NCBI GenBank assembly: GCA_038087875.1
Contig: CM075988.1
Coordinates: 1,984,001 to 2,048,000, forward strand
Length of the DNA stretch: 64,000 bases
Direction of reading: 5' to 3'
Origin: Malacoraja senta
Lineage: Eukaryota
Positions 53,260 to 64,000 of this stretch are shown here, in pieces. The position numbers and the translations under genes are program-made. The notes beneath the pieces are model-generated. The model saw only the letters and a program-made list of their open reading frames with translations. It searched no databases and had not been told where the DNA came from. The stretch's first letter is position 1. Every line of letters begins with the position of its first letter.

Positions 53260-53574
53260 GTTATCTTTACTAAAAGTGGTGAGAATGAAGTGCTCGCTCC
53301 CACATGGATCAGCTCAGGCAATGATTAACGATGCATTCAGAGATGATGGATTTATACATGAATGAGAAAGAACGAGGAATATGATGAAGGATGCTAGGGA
53401 CACGACTCATGAAACCCACGAGTGCTCCATGTCCTCTAACCGTCTTTACAAATCAGCGCAGCCCTGCTCAGATACCCGCCTGCACTTCCTACCACATCAG
53501 GATTCTGCAAATGTTGCTGCACCTTATTCGGTTCCCATGATCCACTCAGTTATGCAAAGCTTCCACTCACTTCA

Positions 53575-53865
<291 letters not shown>

Positions 53866-54624
53866 TTATATTCTTGGTAAATCCTTCTTCTAATATCATG
53901 TCCATCTTGTTAATCTGTCTGTTAATCATTGAGTCAAAGCACAAACCTCTATTACTTCACTGCAATGTCTATCTTGCACAATCTTTCTATTCCCATAACT
54001 CAGCGGGTCAGGCAGCATTTATGGAGGGAATAGATAGGCGACCGTCTGCAGACTGAACATTGAATTTTTCAATTTAAAGTATCAATCCCCCCCCCCCCCT
54101 CTCTTTCCTGCACTCTTACCCTCCACCCACCCCGATGCTCATAAAGCCCCCCTTTCTTGTACCCATTCCCTTCCCCCAATGTCCCTGCCTCTGGCTTTAC
54201 ATTTCTCTCCTTATCTGATATGTTTTGCTTCCTTTTAATCTCTAACCGTCACTTACTTCACACATCCCAGAATCAAACCCCCCTCACTGTGTCCAACTGC
54301 CACTTGCTAGGCTTTGGCCTGCCCCCACTTCTCTTTTCCTCTTTTGCAGCTTTTTCTTCCCCCACTCTGCTGCAATCAGTCAGAAAAAAAGTTGTCTATC
54401 TACGGCACTTTGTATTTTACTCAAGTTTCCAGGATCTGCAATAACTTGTATCTCCTTCTGTTCCCATCCTATTGTTTCTGTTTGTTGTGAGTTGTGAAAT
54501 AATTCAATATTTATTTTTACACAGATTGACACAAAACGCAGCATCTCAGCTGGACAGGCAGCATCTCTGGAGAGAAGGAATGGGTGACGTTCCAGGTCGT
54601 GACCTTTCTTCAGACTGAGAGTCA

Positions 54625-55010
54625 AATCAAATCAAATCAAAGCAGATGCCGGTCAAGGAAATGCAGAATGGCTCATTGTTCAGTCTTCAGGCTCCTGTAC
54701 CTTCTACCTGAAGGTAGCAGGGAGATGAGTGTGTGGCCAGGATGGTGTGGGTCCTTGATGATGCTGCCAGCCTTTTTGAGGCAGCGACTGTGATAGATCC
54801 CCTCGATGGAAGGGAGGTCAGAGCCGATGATGGACTGGGCAGTGTTTACTACTTTTTGTAGTCTTTTCCGCTCCAGGGTGCTCAAGTTTCTGAATCAAGC
54901 CACGATGCAACCAGTCAGCATGCTCTCTACTGTGCACCTGTAGAAGTTAGAGAGAATCCTCCTTGACAAACCGACTCTCCGTAATCTTCTCAGGAAGTAG
55001 AAGCGCTGAT
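54625..55010 (-). mobile_element. Rex1-like LINE 3' fragment
   Basis: LQKVVNTAQSIIG..KDPHHPGH..LLPSGRRYRS, with a (TTTGA)n tail. Confidence 0.78.
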
Positions 55011-57744
55011 GTTAGAGAAGTCAATGTTCATACCGCTGGGGTGTAAGCTGCCCTAGCAAAATATGAGGTGCTGTTCCTCCAATTTGTGCTGGGCCTCACT
55101 CTGACAGTGGAGGAGGCCCAGGACAGAAAGGTTAGTATGGGAATGGGGGGGGGGGGGGGGGAGTTAAAGTGTTTAGCAACCAGGAGATCGCGTAGGTCTA
55201 GGCAGATTGAGCGGAGGTGTTCAGCCAAGCCTGTACTTGGTCTCGCCGATATATAGGATGCCATTGGGATTTACATTAAGTTGTTACAATCAGATCAGCT
55301 GAAACCTTCTTGTACAGAACACACTTCAGGGGCCAAATGACCTACTCCTGCTGCTGACTCGTATGTTTCCCTTTAGTTTCCGCTTTAGATTCTGTACACT
55401 GTGGATAGTTCGATTGTAATCATGTATTGTTTTTCGGCTTCCTGGTTACAAGCAATAAAAGGTTTTCACTGTACCTTGTACACACGTGTCAATAAACACA
55501 ACACAACTCAGCTCAGACTTGTCGCTTTATTCCATCAGTTACATCTAATTAAGTGGAATGTAACTTCTAAAATATTTATCACTTTTTTCTTGCATTTCCG
55601 TCCCAGTATAGGCAAGTTGGTTTAGACAGAGTGTGGTGGTGCCTAGAACACACTGCCAGGGGTAGTGGTGGAGGCAGATACCATATGGTGTTTAAGAAGC
55701 TTTCAGATAGGCACATGGATATGCAGGGAATGCAGTGGTTTGGATCATGTACAGATGTGATTAGTCTATCTGGTCAGATTGTGGGCTGAAGGGCCTGCTC
55801 CTGTGCTGTACTGTTCTATGTTCACAAACATTTCATTCACTGTGTTGTACTTTTCTATGTTCTTATCTTCCCTGCTTTTATTCTTACCCATGTTTATATT
55901 TTATAAGTCATTGTGATGATCCTAAGAATAAAAATAAATGTAAAAGAGGCCGTTTGGGCATTGAGGCAATCGCTGAAAACCCCCCAGCTCTGAAAGAGTT
56001 TGTGACAAGATACTTCAGAAGGAAATGAACCAACTTCCCCTTTTGTGTCTCCTTCTTTGGAAGAAAGATGCAGAAATAAGCACGAAGAAACACTGCCAAA
56101 ACTCAAGGGAGAAAAGGGTGTTTACTAATGTGTGGGAAGGAACTGCAGATGCTGGTTATACACCAAAGATAGACACAAAATGCTGAAGGATTTCGTCCCA
56201 AAAAGTCACCAATTCCTTCTCTCCAGAGATGCTGCCTGCCTCGCTGAGTTACTCCAGCATTTTGTGTCTGTCTTCGATATTCAGTGATGATCTACTCAGA
56301 AGTCAAGCCTGTTGGTTCATCTCTGTTATATAATTGAAGGCTGTACATTAAGTGCAGAGAAAGCCAGTTCTGCTGTGGCTACACACGCTCCCTCCCCCCC
56401 AGAGATCCTCTTACTGCTTCCCGCATCGAAACTCAACGTGATCTGCTCAACGAAGTCCTAGCTGTACCACGCGGGTCACAGACATACACTGGACAACTGA
56501 AAATGAAAACAAAAACTGTAGATACTGGAAATCTGCAATAAACTGCTGAAATGTTCTGATCGGGCAGTGTTCACAGAGAGGGTAGAGTTTGTTTCGCGCC
56601 TGGCTGCTGAGAACTTCCAGTATTTTCTGCTTGTTCTCCAAGTTGCCCAACCAAACTAGTCCCATTTGCCTGCACCTGACATTTCCATCCAAGTTTTCCT
56701 ATCCATGTACTCGTCCAAGAGTCTATTAAATGTCGCAATTTTACCCGCCTCGACCACTTCTTCAGGCAGTTCCACCGTGTATGTAAACAAACTTGCTCCT
56801 CAAGTTCATCTTAAATTTTCCTCTCATATCTTAAACCTATTCCCTCGAGTTTTACTCTCCCCTGCCCTGGAGAAAAGACTGTGGCTATTCACCTTATTTA
56901 TGCTTCTCATGATTTTATAAACCTCTATAAGATCACCCCTCAGCTTACTACACTCCAGGGGGAAAAGAGAGCCAGACTATCCAGCCTCTCCTTATAACCC
57001 ATTCCTTGAAAACCCAATAACATCTTTGTAAATTGTTGCACCCTTTCCTGTTTCATGTCGTCCTTCCTACAGCAGGCTGAGCCAGACTGTACACAGTAGT
57101 CCAGGTGTGGATGTGCCAATGTTGTGTACAGCACAGGACAACAAACACACTGCTGCCTAGGTATCCAGTCATCAAGAGGCTCCTTAGCCTTATCACAGAA
57201 CAAGCGCTCATGTAGGATCCAGAGAAGAAATCCTTCAATATCCTTTAAACTCATCAGTCTTGAAACACTAGCAGAATTGCAAATAGTAACAAAACAATTA
57301 AGGACCCAAGTTATTTGCAACTAATTTTGAAAGGCACCTGGCATTAAAAATTGGTCAACTTCAAAGACATAACAAAATCTGTGGAAAGTCAGTGGGACAG
57401 AGAGTACATGCAGAGGCAGATGTTTTGCATCAAGATTCTGCATCAGGACACAGACACAACTCATTGGAAGGGAGCCTCATGTACATCACGTACTGTGGGA
57501 ATTGGATGAGAAATCCATGCAATGGTATGTTGGATGATCGAAGGACAACACCAATCTCATGCAGTCTTCTTTAGCCCCATTCCCAACCCATACCGCCATG
57601 TTATGTTTGTGCTTGTGTGTGTGTGTACATGAATCTCTGAATATGTGTACATTCATACAGTGGATCCGGCTCTGGGTGGCAAGGTGAGGATTTACCATCT
57701 TTCAAGGTGCCCTCGGTTGAAAGTGCCCCATCAATGCAGTTGGG

Positions 57745-58047
57745 TTTAGCTTAGTTTAGTTCAGAGATACAGCGTGGAAACAGGCCCTTCAGCCCACTAA
57801 GTCTGCACTGACCAGCGACCCCCGCACATTGACACTATCGACACACACTAGGGATTATTTACGTTTTACACCAAGCCAATCAACCTGCAAACCTGCACTT
57901 CTTTGGAGTGTGGGAGGAAACCGGAACACCCGGAGAAAACCCACGCCAGTCACGGGGAGAACATACAAACTCCGCACAGACAACACCCACTGTCAGGATC
58001 GAACTCGGGTCCGGCGCTGTAAGGCAGCAACTCTACCACTGCGCCAC
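57745..58047 (-). mobile_element. tRNA-derived V-SINE (HE1-like)
   Basis: Full head-to-tail copy on the minus strand. Confidence 0.85.
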
Positions 58048-58212
58048 CCTAGACTTTCAGACTCTAGACTTTCAGCATCTTGACCATAGAGCCTACAACT
58101 TGAATGGATGGGACTGTGAGATGGTAGCAGTTGCATGAACTTACCACATATAGGCTTTGGGTTTGGGAGGTGCTGTCACTGAACCTTTGCGAGTTTTTCA
58201 TGTTTTTTTATT

Positions 58213-58490
58213 TTTAGAGATACAGCCCAGAAAACAGGCCCTTCGGCCCACCGAGTCCGCGACGACCAGCAATCCTCATACATTAGCACTATCCTACACA
58301 CTAGGAGTTATTTACAATTTTACCAAAGCCAATTAACCTCCAAAACTGTACATCTTTGGAATGTGGGAGGAAACCGGAGCGGTCACAAGGAGAATGTGCA
58401 AACTCCATACAGACAGCACCTGAAGTCAGGATTGAACCCGGGACTCTCGTGCTGTAAGGCAGTAACTCTACCATTGCGCCATTGTGCCAC
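58213..58490 (-). mobile_element. tRNA-derived V-SINE (HE1-like)
   Basis: Second adjacent copy with the same architecture. Confidence 0.83.
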
Positions 58491-60354
58491 CTCAGTGCCA
58501 ACACTGTGCTGCAGTGTCGTCTGCATTGGTCACACCCAGCAGATACTATATACCAATGGTGAAGGAAGGGAATACCAATCAAACAGGCAGGTTTGTCCTG
58601 GATGAAGACAAGCTTCATGAGTGTTGGAGCTCACTGAACCAGGCAGTGGAGAGTATTCCAAGCCCTTGTAGACGTTGGAAAGGCTTTAGGGTGTCAGGGG
58701 TGGAGTCCAGCCTCTGACATGATCATGTCACCATGGTATTTTGTGGCAGTTGCAATTACATCTCTGGTCAGTGGTGACCCCAGGTTATTGATGGCGGGGG
58801 AATTTGGTGATGGTAATATAGGAGCGTGTCTGTACATTCCTTACCATTTATCACTGAACCGTGAAGATTCTCCAGGAATTGCTGCATTTATTACCCCTCA
58901 GAAGGTGATGGTGACCTATCTTCTTGAACCAACTATGCCACCAACGTTGGTGCTTCTGTCTTGCTGCTGAGATGGGACATACTCAACGATCATGATGAAG
59001 GAGAATGGAGCCTTCGTTCCGTGCCTATCACTGTATCAGTATGTTGCTTGAATAGTCTGAGAATTAGTTCCCAGCTTAGACATGCCACCATTTAGTTTAG
59101 TTTATTGTCACGTGGACCGAGTTACAGTGAAAAACTTTTGTTGGGTGCTAACCAGACAGCAGAAAGGCAAGACATGATTACTATAGATCCATTCCTGTAT
59201 CTTGGCGTGATTCTGCACATGCCTTTGTGTGTATACTTATCTCCATGTATGAACCTTTCTGTCCATATGTTCTCTGCAAACATTGGTACATACATGTAAT
59301 AAATGCTTCTGTGCCTGATAATGTCTGTGCAATAATCTATACGTGTGTCAGTGTGTGTATGACCAGAAGAGAAAAGAAGAGCCCACTGTTTTAAGGTATA
59401 TCATCCTATTAAATCACCAGAGCGCCAATATTGCAATACACAACTGGTGCGGGAAAGTTGGGCCAAAGGGTCGGATTCCACGCTGTATCACTCTATGACA
59501 CAACCCTTCTGAAAAAAATTGCTCTTCGTCTACACATGAATATATACGAGGACAGGAAAGTGAGGTTGAAAAAGATGCCGAATGTTTCGCTCAGGAATCT
59601 GAACGTGCTTTTACATAAATTTCACAAAAGCCTCAGGAGTGGGTTTCCTGAAGTTAAATATGTCATTCACGTGAGAGAAAGCATTTGCTGCAATACTCTG
59701 AATGGTCCCATTGTATCACTGCCATGAGAGAAAACCACAAAAATGTTCCTTGCCGCAGATTGGGATTAACTGTAATGTCAGGTGAATTAACAAATGCCCA
59801 TCACCATGGAAACAATGGCAACAAACACACACCTACAAGCACCCGCGCAGTCCCATTACCCAGTCAGTCGGCTTCCACCATTGCAACAGCCTACCTCCGC
59901 AGGGCCCTCTGTGATACTCTGAGATGCAGTAGGGAGCACAAACAATGCTTGGCTCCTGAATCCAGTCGCCAACTCCTTACTGTCATAGAGGCATAGAGTT
60001 ATACAGCTTGAAACAGGCCCTTTGGCCCAATTCATCCACACAGACCAGGTTGCCTAACAGGTCCCCACTTGCCTGCACCTAGTCCACATCCATCCACAGC
60101 TATCCTATGCACGTATCCGTCCAAGAGTCTTTAAAATATTGTTATCTATGCAGCTTTGCAGTTTCCTACAGCAGCTGGTTCCATTTACCCACTATTGTCT
60201 GTGTGAAAGAGTTGCCCTCAGGTCCCTTTAAATCTTTCACATCTCACCTTAAACCTATGCCCTGTGGTTTTAGACACCCCTACCCTGGGAAAATGACTAT
60301 GGCTCTGCACCTTAACTCTAGCCCTTATGATTTTATACACCTCTGTAAGGCACT

Positions 60355-60666
60355 CCATGGAAGGTGCGCAGGCAGGTTTGCTAGTGCTACACGAATGGGT
60401 TTAAACTAAAAATTGGGGGGGTGTGGAGTCAACAACGTGGACACGTATACATGCAGCTAACGGGAAAGAGAGTGTTGGAAAGGTCACGTATAAACTAACA
60501 GGGCAGGGGGATGGGAACCAATGCAAGGAGAGAGAGGGCCATAAAAGGAGGACAGAAGCTAAAGGTAGAAGGGAGATAAGAAAAACTAACCTGAAAGCTT
60601 TGTGCCTTAATATGAGGAGCATTCGTAATAAGGTGGATGAATTGAATGCACAGTTAGTAGTTAAAG
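60355..60666 (+). mobile_element. CR1 ORF2 start, interrupted by DIRS
   Basis: LKALCLNMRSIRNKVDELN matches 5716-5775 and stops abruptly at the DIRS terminus. Confidence 0.8.
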
Positions 60667-63600
60667 AATAGTAAGATTAAACGAGAACTTACCAGTTTGA
60701 AGTTTGATCTTTATTTTATGAGGAGTTACGTTGGTGATTACATGAAGAAGACCCGTCAGGGCGCATGCGCGTCAATCTTCAAAGCAGCGGTGTGAAATCA
60801 CAAAACACCAATAACGAAGTAACATAGTAACATAGTAAAAACGAGTAAATTTTAGAACTTCCAGCTGACCTTTATGAAAGAGGGTTGGGCTTGGTGGGCA
60901 CGTAATCACCAACGTAACTCCTCATAAAATAAAGATCAAACTTCAAACTGGTAAGTTCTCGTTTAATCTTACTATTTTACTTTGGAGTCACGTGAGTGAC
61001 TACGTGAAGACTTTAAAGCTTTGTGATTTCATGCCGCAGATTCAAATCCCGGCTTCTCACTGCATTGATTGACTCGGAACGAGAAATAATCAATAATGCA
61101 TTAATGACATTTGCATGAAAAAATGCAGTAATTCATTTATTTGAATAATAGAATTAACAGTATCCCCTTTAACCCAGGGGAATTTAAGCAGAACTTAATA
61201 TAGTATCTGCAAACAGCCCCGTATTGGCAATAGGCCGATGGTAAAAGTGGTGAAACACCAACTTATTAGATCACCTGCGAGAATATGGTCGATGGGACGT
61301 CCTTCACCCTGGCCGCCGATGTTGCTGCTAAATCGAATGGGATGTAAAAACATCACTGTTAACACCTGCAGCAACCAAGACTTGTTTTAACCATCTTGAA
61401 ATAGTCTGAACTGACACCATCTTGTATGGTTTTTCGTGAACGATAAACAATCTTGTTTTCATATTTCATAAGACCTTTGTAGCCTCAATGTATTGCAACA
61501 AATATGTCTTAACACATAGACATGAATCCATGGAATATGCTAATAAAACACTCATGAATCCTGTCACACCTGACCCTACTTCATTTGAGTAGGTCATAAA
61601 TGTAAAACATAACATTATCCTGAGGTAATTCCATCCTGTGTATCTGTAACTTTTGTAATGTCTGCACTCTCTGTGCTTGTTACAAGTGCCATAAGCATGA
61701 CTACCTTCATGCTGAATTTGGCCAAAATCAGAATTGTACCAAGAGTCCATTGATGAAGTAGCTTAAAACCACTCTATATTCCAGATTGCCATACCTAGGT
61801 TTAGAAGGTCTGGAATTAAAATTCCTTTCATTAATCTGGAAACGAAAGAACGAGACACAACAGGATGTCTTTCCGACCCCATCAATAAAAAACGAGGACA
61901 ATGTACTTCTGGCTGAATAAATCGCACTACAACTCAACCCCTCATAATAGAGTGTTGAGAAAACCTAAGACATTTGGGACATGTGCATTACAACATTCAA
62001 TATTCTTTTGTACACAGAAAATTTTCCCATTCTTTACATAATGGGAAAGCAGTATTTACAGAGTCACAACCTCAGATTCTCAAATGTACTGCTTTTGAGT
62101 GCTCTTCCGCCAGACTGCTGTAAGCATGTCCACAGTATGCCCAGACAATCCTCTTTTTAAAACCTGCAAATTAACAGATCCATACAGGCATATAACGGAT
62201 CTTACTCTCCAATTATCGGATACACCAGTAAATCCCTTCTTTTGGGAACCTTTATCAGAAACTGTGTCATTAATTCCAATATCAAAGGGAACCATGGCTG
62301 CGTAGACCAGTCTGGTACCACCAGTACCCCAGAGGCAGCATCCTGCTTCATTTTAAGCAGACACCGGTTTATGAGACAGAATGATGGAAAATGCATATAA
62401 AAACATACCACCCTAATGTAGCGAGAAAGCATCAATCCCTACTGTCTCCCGATGTAGTTCCCATAACACATATCTCTGTAACTGGTGATTGAGTCTGGAT
62501 GGAAACAAGTCGTTTCTGGCTTCCCAAATCTGACTATTATATCATTAAAATCTTAAGATTCAACATCCATTCTTTGTTATCATGGAAATTCCCGTAACCT
62601 GGTGTCTGCTACTATACTGAATCTACCTGGTAGATAAATAGCTGAAACCAAATATTTGTCAACACACCAAGTCCAGATTTGATTAGCCAATTTGTCACAT
62701 GACACCAACTTAATTCCACCCATACGATTAATACATGCCATTGCTGTAGTATTGTAAATTTGAAGCTGAACATGGAGATTAGTTGTATTAACAACAAACT
62801 TGGAGCTCATAAGCCTTCCAACAGCTGTAAAACGTCGATTCTCCATGTCTGCAAAAAATAATGCCTCTTCCATATTCCATCTGTCCACAGATGGATACCA
62901 TTTCAGTGGCACCAATCCTAGTGCACTGACATCAGTCTGTAAGACCATGGAAGGCTGTTCAATCAGTATATTGCTCAAACTTTTGTGAAATTGGAGTGTT
63001 CTGCTAGGAACATGCTGGATGGCAAATCACTATTTGAATCAATTCGAAACCTTTGAATAATACTCAGAATAATGAATCTGAAGTAATTTGCTTCCAATAT
63101 TTGACTGTTTTTGCCTTAATATGTTCCCGTAAGAACCAGGTCCACCTTCCTCCTTTGTCACCTGAGTGACCTGTGGTCCCTGGCTCCTGGCAGGAAAACC
63201 CACTCTTTTTCGTGTTCCTGCCGCAGGACGCCAACTGCGCCTCTGCTTCAATGGTCGACTTGTTCCTGGTGTAGGCCCAGGATTCTGTATGATGTCTGAA
63301 AGGACACCTCCTCTTCACAGACTTGCCGACCATCGATGTTTTGATCAACCTTGCTGTTTTTGCCTCATCATCCAACTCTTTCCCACGTTTCGTGAGTTTT
63401 TTCTCCGAAGAGTAAGTTGAGTGACTGCACATTGCTGGGCTTTACAGAGTTGCTGCAACTTGGGGTTGATGGTGGGCTGAATGGCATACTTCCTGAAACA
63501 ATTCATCTCAAAGTGGGCGCTACATAGCAACCCTAGTGCCTCTTGATGCATTTCCATCCCTGGCCTCCATCCATTGTTCTTGCAAAAATGCAGTTGTTCC

Positions 63601-64000
63601 TCAACCCAGCAGCTTCAATATTCTCTGCAGTTTTATTTCTTAGGCTCACATGCCCTCGCCCATCTGACCCCTTATATCTTGGTTCACTGCTAGTGCTTTC
63701 AGCAATACGCAGTTCCTTGGGGTCTCGTGCTTTTTTGGCATTTTCATCCATCGTAAGCTACTGGAGCTGATGGAAGACAAAATAGTTGATCGTAGAGGCC
63801 ACTTCTTCTCCCAGTGGCTCTCCTGACTCTGACGGGGCAGCAAATCGTACTGCCAGGAGTAGAACATCTGGCAGCTGCCGTCTTCGCTTGTATCGGCCTC
63901 ACCATCAGAGGCAGGGTCAAAACTCTCACAGAGCAGTGAATGGTACTGCCAGAAATAGAACATCTGGCAGCTGCCGTCTTCGCTTGTATCGGAAAACTCT
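60667..64000 (-). mobile_element. DIRS-type tyrosine-recombinase retrotransposon, degenerate, running off the window
   Basis: RNase H (LQTDVS..NTTAMACINRMGG..YLPG...VAD, 62580-62950) and a DIRS methyltransferase-like segment (FPSF.LI..VLVVPDW.TQPWFP). YR remnants include RKSTQKQY, SARSTLS, and TISRWLK..FTSHS..AATS..FY at ~61230-61440. Terminal repeat plus internal complementary region are present. Confidence 0.9.

Overview
Repeat-dense vertebrate DNA, most likely from a cartilaginous fish (skate/ray-like). The taxon is inferred from HE1/V-SINE-type tRNA SINEs, abundant CR1 and Penelope-tail repeats. The only host gene I can support is a minus-strand BARX2-like homeobox gene: a homeodomain exon at 53749-53833 and a terminal coding exon at 19269-19403, separated by a 34.3 kb intron. 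Its upstream exons are not seen in this window. The rest is a layered transposon landscape: many CR1 LINEs, a young 5'-truncated L1 inside a SINE, Rex1-like LINE tails, Penelope (GIY-YIG) elements with hammerhead-like cores, a hAT element with a CGGBP1-like transposase remnant, Harbinger-type MITEs and an RT-deleted DIRS element. The most unusual structure is a family of modular non-autonomous Helitron-like elements stacked head-to-tail (5 units at 1410-8999, 3 units at 14996-18320). Their junctions read CTAG|TATA and extra TCTA stubs pile up at the array 5' end. This suggests repeated insertion into the TCTA^TA of their own 5' terminus. Repeat boundaries without a TSD or TIR are approximate, and no database searches were run.
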